Positions 1-6,833 of a stretch of 14,397 nt of DNA are shown here, in pieces. The stretch covers positions 1-14,397 of the forward strand of contig JAZGAD010000040.1 of assembly GCA_036444275.1 (NCBI GenBank), read 5' to 3'. Below the pieces are notes generated by a model that saw only the letters and a list, made by a program, of their open reading frames with translations, did not search any database and was not told the DNA's origin. The position numbers and the translations under genes are program-made. Positions within the stretch are counted from its first letter, which is position 1; each line of letters opens with the position of its first letter. This stretch comes from Candidatus Hydrothermarchaeales archaeon (GTDB taxonomy: Archaea; Hydrothermarchaeota; Hydrothermarchaeia; Hydrothermarchaeales; JAZGAD01).

Positions 1-146
1 GTAGTTACTTCTGCATCGCTCCTAACGTTTCCTGCGCTCTCTGCACTGACCATTGCTTGATATCCTGAGGCTAGAATATAGATGCCGGCTATAGCTACGC
101 CTAGAGTCAATGCTATTAATGCCTTCTTACTTGCTATTCCGGTCAT
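1..146 (-). CDS. Exported or membrane-anchored protein, 5' part only (runs off the left edge); probable third gene of the cytochrome operon
   Basis: Not in the ORF track; read by hand. ATG at 146 preceded by GGAGG (153-157). Open to the window edge: MTGIASKKALIALTLGVAIAGIYILASGYQAMVSAESAGNVRSDAEVT. Basic KK, hydrophobic stretch and a V-S-A site resemble a signal peptide or anchor. Lies 16 bp after the cytochrome b stop. Confidence 0.75.
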   Translation of the reverse strand, partial: MTGIASKKALIALTLGVAIAGIYILASGYQAMVSAESAGNVRSDAEVT

Positions 147-162
147 CTTGATCCTCCATCCA

Positions 163-996
163 TTATACTCCTATAAACCAGTACTTAAACAAGTCCACAA
201 ATGCTATTACAGTCATGGCGATAAATATCAGGAAAACCACTATGCCAAGTGCCCATATCCTCCTATTAAGAGCGTAGACAAAGCCCTGAATACGCCGCAT
301 AGGCATCTTATGCTCTATTAGCTCAGGTTTCTCGCGTTCTATCTCCTCAAGCTCCAGTGGGTGCATCTCCTCCATCTCCTCCATCTCCATCCTCCCATGC
401 AGGAATATCAGCGAACCAGGGAAGAACCTTGGGCTGTAGTGTACGGTATAGAAGTGCCCGAAGAACACTGTTAGAGTAGCGAGCAGTGCCTCGTAGCTAT
501 GAAGCATCCAGAATAGCTGGAATATCGGCAGGGTGATATACTGCAAGGCGATCTCCTTGAACCACATTACCAAGCCAGTAGCCGCTATAAGTGAGGTCCC
601 CCATGCAACTGACCAGTACTCCATCTTTTCCCCCCAAGTATAACGCCCCATTCTCGGAGGCTCATTAGTGAGTCTAAACGCATACCCTATCGAGCGAAGC
701 ATGTCGAATATGTCTTTCGGGGTAAACATTATAGGCCTCCTAAGGAGGGGTGCCCTATCTATAATTAAGTAGTAAAATATATGGACCAACCCAACTACGA
801 TAATACCCACGCCTGCGATGCGATGCAACAAGGCCCTATTTGCCAGTCCTCCAAGCAACTTCACGATCTCTATAGACCACCATGCCTGGGGATACTTCAA
901 CGGCATGCCTGTGACAACTAATAAAAAAAAGGTGAGAAACACTGCAATGTGTTGTATCCTCTGGAATACAGTAAGTCTCGCCACATAATCGCTCAT
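163..996 (-). CDS. Diheme cytochrome b membrane subunit (FdnI / Ni-Fe hydrogenase cytochrome b family, CbcL b-domain-like)
   Basis: QRIQH(16)...VTGMPLKY, LLH(58)RIAG, GRYTWGEKMEYW, TGLVMWF, MLH(166)SYEA, GH(181)FY, HPLE: four heme-b His ligands in transmembrane helices, plus an extra C-terminal TM helix. ATGA overlap with the upstream cytochrome c gene and a GGAGG RBS. Confidence 0.9.
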   Translation of the reverse strand: MSDYVARLTVFQRIQHIAVFLTFFLLVVTGMPLKYPQAWWSIEIVKLLGGLANRALLHRIAGVGIIVVGLVHIFYYLIIDRAPLLRRPIMFTPKDIFDMLRSIGYAFRLTNEPPRMGRYTWGEKMEYWSVAWGTSLIAATGLVMWFKEIALQYITLPIFQLFWMLHSYEALLATLTVFFGHFYTVHYSPRFFPGSLIFLHGRMEMEEMEEMHPLELEEIEREKPELIEHKMPMRRIQGFVYALNRRIWALGIVVFLIFIAMTVIAFVDLFKYWFIGV

Positions 997-2066
997 TCGC
1001 CTTCCTCCGTTCCTTCTTCTATTTCTCCTTCTTCCTCTTCCGTCCCTCTCGTTTTTTCTCCGATTTTATCTGACAAGTCAAGTATATTGAGCAGCAAGAT
1101 TATGAAGAGTACAATAGCTATGGTTTGGATGATATATAATTTCCCGAGTGTGAGTATGTGTATCGGTCCAATATAATAAGGCCTCGTCTTCTTCGTTGCA
1201 GTGCTTAGGAGTAGCGGCACTTTGGACAGGTCTAGGTGCATGGAGCCTGTTATCTTGGCTGTCAGCATCTTGTCTCCATGGCAGTTAGCGCAAATCTTTT
1301 TTACATTCGCTGGATTTACAGGGGACCTTGAATCAGCGCTTGGGAGTACATTGTGGGCATCTGAGCTTGTATCGGCATGGCACTCTCTACACGTCGGAAC
1401 ATCTTTATCTCCATGTTGGTAATACCTGCCGTGGAAGGTGTTGCGCAGGTATGATTCAACGGCATTCGAAATGCCATATTCATCTGCTACTTTTTTACTG
1501 GCGTGACATTCACTCTCTCCACGCCCACCACAGGTCTGGATGATGTTCTCTCTCGAGACCCATGAGCTGGCATCGTCTACGTCGGTGATAGCATGCGCTC
1601 CATGGCAGTCCACACAGACAGCAGGCTCTGCGGCACCTTCTCTTGCGATGCCGTGAACAAAGCTGACCTTAGGCGGATTTGCTATCTGAGTGCCCAGCGT
1701 ATAAAAACCTGGCTCCGCTCGTCCTGCTGCAGAGCCGTCCAGCTGATGGCACTTGGTGCAGACAGCTACATACTGCCTCTTCGTCAGCCCTTTTCTCAGC
1801 TTGGAGTGGAATACACCATGGCACTGGTCGCAGGTTACATCGTTTGCGGCATGTATGCTTTTACTCCATTCTCTCGGAGGAGTGTTCAGCCTGGTGTCAG
1901 GCTGGTTGCTGTGGCAGGTATAGCAGTAATCCCGGATATTCGTTGGATCAAGAGGAACTTCTTGGTCAATGCCTTGAGCATTTACAAGAGGAACTAGACT
2001 AATAATCAGAACTAAACATAGCACTAATTTGAGATTGCCACTTCTCATCACTCCCAGCCGTCTCAA
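993..2066 (-). CDS. Multiheme cytochrome c (6 CxxCH + 1 CX7CH) with signal peptide and C-terminal membrane anchor
   Basis: CYTCH, CDQCH, CTKCH, CVDCH, CGGRGESECH, CRECH, CANCH, with many spare His as distal ligands. N-terminal KLVLCLVLIISLVPLVNA|Q signal peptide; C-terminal TM LYIIQTIAIVLFIILLLNIL and an acidic tail. Start is TTG 2066 or ATG 2048. Confidence 0.93.
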   Translation of the reverse strand: MRRLGVMRSGNLKLVLCLVLIISLVPLVNAQGIDQEVPLDPTNIRDYCYTCHSNQPDTRLNTPPREWSKSIHAANDVTCDQCHGVFHSKLRKGLTKRQYVAVCTKCHQLDGSAAGRAEPGFYTLGTQIANPPKVSFVHGIAREGAAEPAVCVDCHGAHAITDVDDASSWVSRENIIQTCGGRGESECHASKKVADEYGISNAVESYLRNTFHGRYYQHGDKDVPTCRECHADTSSDAHNVLPSADSRSPVNPANVKKICANCHGDKMLTAKITGSMHLDLSKVPLLLSTATKKTRPYYIGPIHILTLGKLYIIQTIAIVLFIILLLNILDLSDKIGEKTRGTEEEEGEIEEGTEEGE

Positions 2067-2104
2067 GGTACCACCCTTCTTCCAATTGTAATGCTATGTT
2101 CTTT

Positions 2105-2119
2105 TTAATATACTTTTCG
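2105..2119 (-). promoter_or_regulatory. BRE + TATA box for the cytochrome operon
   Basis: Minus strand CGAAAAG-TATATTAA about 40 bp upstream of the TTG at 2066. Confidence 0.55.
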
Positions 2120-2171
2120 GCTTAATATTTAGGTTTTGGTATCGTGTATAGTGCATTCGATACTTGATATC

Positions 2172-2828
2172 CTAGTCGATATATTCCCCCAATCCTTTTT
2201 GTGCGGGGACCTTCTTTTCTGCTTCTAAATCGCTTAATATCCTGCTTACCTTCTTCCGTATGGAAGTTTGAACCTCTTCCAGGCTTTTGGAGGCGTCTAT
2301 CCTAGCAAAGATATCGTACTCCTTTTCCAAATCCAGATAGATCTCCCTTACCCTGACCAGGAATTCCTTTTTCTCGAAGTATTCCTTTTCCCGCATCGTA
2401 CCTCGCAATGAGTTCTTCGAGGATATTCGCTCAAGACCTGTCTCAGGTGGAACATCTAGTAATAGAACCATAGTTGGAGCTGGGGCAAACCTATTGATGT
2501 CCTTTACCCATCCTATACTCAGACCCTCCGCCCCTTGGTATGCGATGGAGGAGTAGAAGTACCTCTCTGTTATCACTACCTTCCCCGCCTCCAATTTCGC
2601 AGCTATCTCCTTGACGTGCTCGCTTCTATCAGCAGCAAACAATAAGGTTTCGGTCCTCGGGTCTAGACCACCTTCCTTTAGGAATTCCCTCAGGAGTTTG
2701 CCTATGGGCCCAGTGGTAGGTTCCCTAGTCAGGAAGGTATCATAGCCTTTCTCCTTTATCCACTTATTCAGCAACCTGCTATGGGCCCCCTTCCCAGAGC
2801 CATCGATTCCTTCCAAGGCTATGAACAT
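2172..2828 (-). CDS. tmk: Thymidylate kinase (dTMP kinase)
   Basis: FIALEGIDGSGK P-loop, TREP, LLFAADR, ERYFYSSIAYQG, P..V.LLDVPPE.GLERI, IDASKSLEEV. AGGTG RBS upstream. Confidence 0.92.
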   Translation of the reverse strand: MFIALEGIDGSGKGAHSRLLNKWIKEKGYDTFLTREPTTGPIGKLLREFLKEGGLDPRTETLLFAADRSEHVKEIAAKLEAGKVVITERYFYSSIAYQGAEGLSIGWVKDINRFAPAPTMVLLLDVPPETGLERISSKNSLRGTMREKEYFEKKEFLVRVREIYLDLEKEYDIFARIDASKSLEEVQTSIRKKVSRILSDLEAEKKVPAQKGLGEYID

Positions 2829-2937
2829 TTATGCACCTTGTTAGTGATTAAGTATTCCTACATATATTTGTTATTTCCATCACATATATAGGATTAAATA
2901 TTTATTAGCGCCTTAGAATTATCTCTAGGTCGCTATC

Positions 2938-3618
2938 GTGAGGTTGGAAGAGCTATCTTGGCCGGAAGTTAAAGAATATCTCAAGGAACGGAAGGACATA
3001 ATCCTGCCCTTGGGTTCGGTAGAGGAGCACGGGTATCACTTGCCTTTGTCAACAGATACAGACATTGCGCTTGCGATCGCAGACGGGGTAAGTGCGAGAA
3101 CCGGCGTCTTAGTGGCTTCCCCGGTGCACTACGGTGTTTGCAATACGACTAGGGCGTATGCTGGCACTACTAGTGTTACTTTTGATTCCCTTAGGTCTTG
3201 TCTCAGAGATATATTCATGAGTCTAGGGGATAGCGGATTCAAGGCTGTATACGTGATCAGTGGACACTTGGGTTCATCGCATGTGGCTGCACTAAAAGAA
3301 GCTGCACGTTTAAATTCGGTCAAGGTCTACTTCCTGGATCTGAGGGCGGTGGATACCTCTGACATCTTAGAAACTAAGCCCTTTCACGCCTGCGAGTCCG
3401 AGACATCTTTAATGCTTTATTTACACCCCAAAAAGGTGAAGATGGAGAAGGCAGTAGACGAGGAAATCGAAATCAGAGATTATCGTTTAGATGCCCTTAA
3501 AAAGACAGAGAGTGGTGTCTGGGGATGTCCAACGAAGGCGACGAGAGAAAAGGGAAAACGAATATTCGAAAAAATTGCAGAGGATTTTTCAGGATTTATT
3601 TCTTCTGCGCAAGGCTAA
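2938..3618 (+). CDS. Creatininase / creatinine amidohydrolase family protein
   Basis: ILPLGSVEEHGYHLPLSTD, SGHLG, HACESETS, SGVWGCPTKATREKG family motifs. Actual substrate unknown. Confidence 0.9.
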   Translation: MRLEELSWPEVKEYLKERKDIILPLGSVEEHGYHLPLSTDTDIALAIADGVSARTGVLVASPVHYGVCNTTRAYAGTTSVTFDSLRSCLRDIFMSLGDSGFKAVYVISGHLGSSHVAALKEAARLNSVKVYFLDLRAVDTSDILETKPFHACESETSLMLYLHPKKVKMEKAVDEEIEIRDYRLDALKKTESGVWGCPTKATREKGKRIFEKIAEDFSGFISSAQG

Positions 3619-3624
3619 AGAGCT

Positions 3625-3810
3625 TCACTTCCGCTCCTTTCGCTCCTGTTGCGCCACCATGTTACCCCTATAGGTCTTTCCACACTCGCAGTGTACCACT
3701 TCATAGGTGGTCCTTACACCACGGTTAAAGGTCTGGGTCTTTCCCACGACCATATCTGGTGTATGTTCTTGACCGCAAGCAGGGCATCTGATGCCTTCCT
3801 CAGGCATCAC
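3625..3810 (-). CDS. Small CPxCG-type zinc-finger / Zn-ribbon protein
   Basis: CPACG...HCECG knuckles in 61 aa. Start overlaps the TRAM stop codon (GTGATG), with GGTGGAG upstream. Confidence 0.65.
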   Translation of the reverse strand: MMPEEGIRCPACGQEHTPDMVVGKTQTFNRGVRTTYEVVHCECGKTYRGNMVAQQERKERK

Positions 3811-4037
3811 TCCACCTTCTCGGCAAAGGCTACTCTTCGTCTCACACTGATAATTTTGACCTTAGTTTCTTCCCCTACTTTGGCGCCAGGAACAAAGACC
3901 ACGAATCCTTCGATTCTGGCCAAACCATCTCCATCTCTCCCCGTATCTTCGATCTTAACGTCGTAGGTCTTTCCCTCTTCAATCGGGGGGCTTTTACCGC
4001 CGTATCCATGGTTCCTCAGGCTTTCATCCCAATCCAT
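3807..4037 (-). CDS. Single TRAM-domain RNA-binding protein (archaeal RNA chaperone)
   Basis: [48 protein letters not shown]...AFAE is the classic single-TRAM sequence. Start reassigned to ATG 4037 (GGAG upstream) rather than TTG 4085. Confidence 0.92.
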   Translation of the reverse strand: MDWDESLRNHGYGGKSPPIEEGKTYDVKIEDTGRDGDGLARIEGFVVFVPGAKVGEETKVKIISVRRRVAFAEKVE

Positions 4038-4125
4038 ATTCCAACTCCGTCGCACTAAGCACTCCACTTTTGTAGAAGAATCCAAAACAAGTTTGAATTA
4101 TCCTTTCACTTCTACTCTCTGTAGG

Positions 4126-4133
4126 TATATAAA
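4126..4133 (-). promoter_or_regulatory. TATA box for TRAM / Zn-finger genes
   Basis: TTTATATA on the minus strand directly after the nucleotidyltransferase stop; implies a 5' UTR of about 65 nt. Confidence 0.5.
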
Positions 4134-4883
4134 TCATAGGGTCCATTTATCCTTATTTTCCTGTTTGGTGCCACGGGAAAAAAAGTCCTTATTAAGTGCG
4201 ATGAGATCCTGTATATTCGAGAGGTGCATATACTCCTCGCTGAGCACGCCCTTCACCTTGAGGCCATCGTCAATCATCATCTGAAAAGCATCAGCCAGTT
4301 CATATTCCCCCCGTCTTGAAAGTTTTACCCTCGGCAAGTACCTCTTTATGGACTCATTCACTACATAATAAGGGGAGGATGCCACGTTACTCAGGATCTC
4401 GTCCCTAGTGGGCTTCTCGATTATTCTAGAGATTGAATTATCCTTTTCTAGCACTACGGTCGCAGATGAGAGCATCTCTTCTTCGCTTAGCATCTTCAGG
4501 CTCAAGGTAACATCGCATTTTTCTGCCAGGTGATAGGCACAGAGCTCCTTCAAGTGCTCCCTAGGAAGGATGCAGTCGGTAGCAGCAACCAAAACATCGT
4601 CCTGAATGAAATCGGATGCGACGAGCAAGGCATGTCCTGTTCCAAGTGGTTTCCCCTCGTCGATATAGGTTACTCTGTAGTCGCCCTTGTCAAGGTAATC
4701 CCGTATCTGGTACCCTAAATGACTGATAACCACCGCTATCTCAGATATATTAAGGGCATTAAAGTCCTCTAGGATTTGTATTATCGCTGGTCTCCCGCCT
4801 ATGGGGAGAAGTGACTTAGCGATAAAATTTGTGAAGGGACGGAGTCTTTTTCCAATACCTGCGGCTAAAACTATTCCTCTCAT
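4134..4883 (-). CDS. Sugar-phosphate nucleotidyltransferase (RmlA / GlmU N-terminal-like NTP_transferase)
   Basis: GIVLAAGIGKRLRPFT..AKSLLPIGGRP, PLGTGHAL, IIEKP, SRRGEYELAD. No left-handed beta-helix domain. Substrate not assignable. Confidence 0.88.
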   Translation of the reverse strand: MRGIVLAAGIGKRLRPFTNFIAKSLLPIGGRPAIIQILEDFNALNISEIAVVISHLGYQIRDYLDKGDYRVTYIDEGKPLGTGHALLVASDFIQDDVLVAATDCILPREHLKELCAYHLAEKCDVTLSLKMLSEEEMLSSATVVLEKDNSISRIIEKPTRDEILSNVASSPYYVVNESIKRYLPRVKLSRRGEYELADAFQMMIDDGLKVKGVLSEEYMHLSNIQDLIALNKDFFSRGTKQENKDKWTL

Positions 4884-5626
4884 AGCTCTAATCTTAGCAA
4901 GTCGCTACCTATGATTATCTCTCCTTTGAAATATCCACTCAGAGACTGGAGCACCTTTGTCTTTATCTCTGGACTTTCTATCTCAGGGGGAAGATGCACG
5001 AGGACCAGCTTCTCCAACTCTATGCCCTCAAGCAGTTTACCCAAAGTGAGAGGAGTGCTGTGTCCGTCGGCTTCTCCTACTAGGACGTTGCATTCATGCA
5101 CAAGGAGTCCTGCCCCTTTAGAGAGCTGTGCAACAGCATCGCAGGGCTCGGTGTCACCAGAGTAGACCATCGAGGACCCAGCTGAAGAGACTTTGTAGGC
5201 CAGGCCAAGAAATCCATGGGCACTCGTTCTATAGGAGACAACATCCTTCCCTAATCTTACTTCCCCTCCATTCATTACTTCCTCGACGTCTAAGGCAAGC
5301 CGTCCTTGGAGATACGGATACGCCCCCAGAAGATGGGTAAGCCAGTCCTTTGTTCCCTCTGGACCATATATCCTCATGTCGTTTCTGCCTTTCAGCCAAT
5401 TCGCCTTCATCAAGCTTAAAAAATCACTGTCGTGGTCCAGATGATGGTGGGTGAAGAAGATAGCACTTATGCGGGCTGTGTCATATCCGCTTTCGGCAAT
5501 CCTGTGCAGTACACCAGAGCCGCAGTCGAAGAGGAGAAGGTTCTCATTGGTTTCCACGAGTAAGCTCGTGTGAACTCTTTCAGCAGTTGGTATCGCATAG
5601 CCGGTGCCCAAGAGTGTTACACGCAT
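4880..5626 (-). CDS. Metallo-beta-lactamase-fold hydrolase, RNase Z / ElaC-like (no exosite)
   Basis: VTLLGTG..P, LFDCGSG, THHHLDH (HxHxDH), IYGP, YSGDT, LVHEC, GHST, LVH. Start reassigned to ATG 5626 (GAGGA upstream). ATGA overlap with the downstream gene. Confidence 0.88.
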   Translation of the reverse strand: MRVTLLGTGYAIPTAERVHTSLLVETNENLLLFDCGSGVLHRIAESGYDTARISAIFFTHHHLDHDSDFLSLMKANWLKGRNDMRIYGPEGTKDWLTHLLGAYPYLQGRLALDVEEVMNGGEVRLGKDVVSYRTSAHGFLGLAYKVSSAGSSMVYSGDTEPCDAVAQLSKGAGLLVHECNVLVGEADGHSTPLTLGKLLEGIELEKLVLVHLPPEIESPEIKTKVLQSLSGYFKGEIIIGSDLLRLEL

Positions 5627-5650
5627 AGCTACATCCTCTTCATCAGATTT

Positions 5651-5658
5651 AAAAAAAA
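5651..5658 (-). terminator. Oligo-U (T8) tract after leuB
   Basis: TGA-cta-TTTTTTTT on the minus strand, 3 nt after the leuB stop. Oligo-U tracts are archaeal termination signals. Confidence 0.5.
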
Positions 5659-5661
5659 TAG

Positions 5662-6789
5662 TCAACCGATCTTGATCTTCTCCGCGATGGCGTCTCCTAC
5701 GTCACTTGTTTTCGAGTTGCCACCCATATCATAGGTCCTGACCTTCCCTTCCTCCAGCACTTCTGCTACTGCTTTCTCCAAGAGATCAGCACATTCTTGT
5801 TCTCCCAACTGCTCCAGCATCAGATGTCCTGCTAGTATAGCAGCGATAGGATTGGCCTTGTTTTGCCCCTTGTATTTGGGTGCAGAGCCGTGAATTGGTT
5901 CAAACATGCTAACCCCATCGGGATTAATGTTCCCACCTGGAGCTAAGCCCATGCCTCCTTGGATCATCGCACCCAAGTCTGTTATTATATCCCCAAACAT
6001 GTTGGGCGTCACCACTACCTGGTACCACTCCGGATTCTTAACAAACCACATTGTTACAGCGTCCACAAAGGCGTACTCTGTTTCCATCTCAGGATAGTCC
6101 TTGGCTGTCTCTTTGAAGACATCTCTCCATAGGCTATAGATGTGTGTTAATACATTGGCCTTGTCCACACTGGTAACGCGCTTAAAGCCTTTCTTCCCCG
6201 CCAGCTCGAAGGCAAATTTCATTATACGCTTAGTACCCTCCCTGCTTATTACTCCTATTTGATAGGCTACCTCGTTGTCCTGGTCCTGTGTAATATCTAC
6301 ACCGAACTTGAGTTCATAGAGCTCACGCTTGATCTCAAGAGCCGAGCTATGTTTTCTTGAGGTAAAGCGGTCGCCTATGCCTACGTAGAAGTCCTCTGTG
6401 TTCTCTCTTACCACATAGAAGTTTACATCTTCATGCATCTTGCCCTTCAGCGGGCAGGTCACACCAGGGTAGAGCTTCACAGGCCTGAGGTTTACATACT
6501 GGTCAAAGTAGAACCTGAGCTTCAGCAGGAGCCCCTGCTCCAAAATGCCGGTCTTTACCTTTGGATCACCTACTGCACCAAGATAGATGGCATCGCTTTT
6601 CTCGAGTTCCTTCAAAGCATCAAGGGGTAAAACTTCGCCTGTTTTTAGATAATGTTCTGCCCCATAGGGGTGGTAGCGCCATTTGAATTTCACCCCTGCA
6701 GCATCCCCGGCAGCCTCCAATACCTTGATTCCTTCCTTTATTACCTCTGGTCCTATGCCGTCCCCGGGGATAACTGAAATATCATACAT
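5662..6789 (-). CDS. leuB: 3-isopropylmalate dehydrogenase (isocitrate / isopropylmalate dehydrogenase family)
   Basis: [63 protein letters not shown]. Carries an arm insert recalled as typical of Methanosarcinales-type LeuB. Start reassigned to ATG 6789. Family is certain; substrate is likely but not proven. Confidence 0.85.
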   Translation of the reverse strand: MYDISVIPGDGIGPEVIKEGIKVLEAAGDAAGVKFKWRYHPYGAEHYLKTGEVLPLDALKELEKSDAIYLGAVGDPKVKTGILEQGLLLKLRFYFDQYVNLRPVKLYPGVTCPLKGKMHEDVNFYVVRENTEDFYVGIGDRFTSRKHSSALEIKRELYELKFGVDITQDQDNEVAYQIGVISREGTKRIMKFAFELAGKKGFKRVTSVDKANVLTHIYSLWRDVFKETAKDYPEMETEYAFVDAVTMWFVKNPEWYQVVVTPNMFGDIITDLGAMIQGGMGLAPGGNINPDGVSMFEPIHGSAPKYKGQNKANPIAAILAGHLMLEQLGEQECADLLEKAVAEVLEEGKVRTYDMGGNSKTSDVGDAIAEKIKIG

Positions 6790-6833
6790 GAATAGCTTTA
6801 AATTGAAGGTGATATAAAACAATTGTGATTTTT
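6790..6833. promoter_or_regulatory. Very short divergent promoter region, leuB / argC
   Basis: 44 bp between the two ATGs. TTTAAATT (+, 6797-6804) and TTTTATAT (-, 6819-6812). Confidence 0.55.

Noticed and set aside
364-390. Tandem CATCTCCTC-like repeats
   Set aside because: They encode MEMEEMEEM just before the conserved HPLE motif of cytochrome b; protein-level low complexity.
82-2002. Plus-strand ORFs 82-321, 949-1176, 1201-1422, 1328-1543, 1593-1997, 1679-2002
   Set aside because: Antisense shadows of the well-supported cytochrome genes; no motifs or RBS noticed.
2860-2889. ACATATAT repeated 22 bp apart between tmk and the creatininase gene
   Set aside because: Explained by AT-rich TATA-like elements of two divergent promoters; too short to call an operator.
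2938-3618. Assignment as arfB or mftE
   Set aside because: Only generic creatininase-family motifs; no riboflavin or mycofactocin genes nearby.
4880-5626. Assignment as rnz, or as a c-di-AMP phosphodiesterase partner of dacZ
   Set aside because: Lacks the tRNA-binding exosite, and lies over 4 kb from dacZ in a different transcription unit; no supporting evidence.
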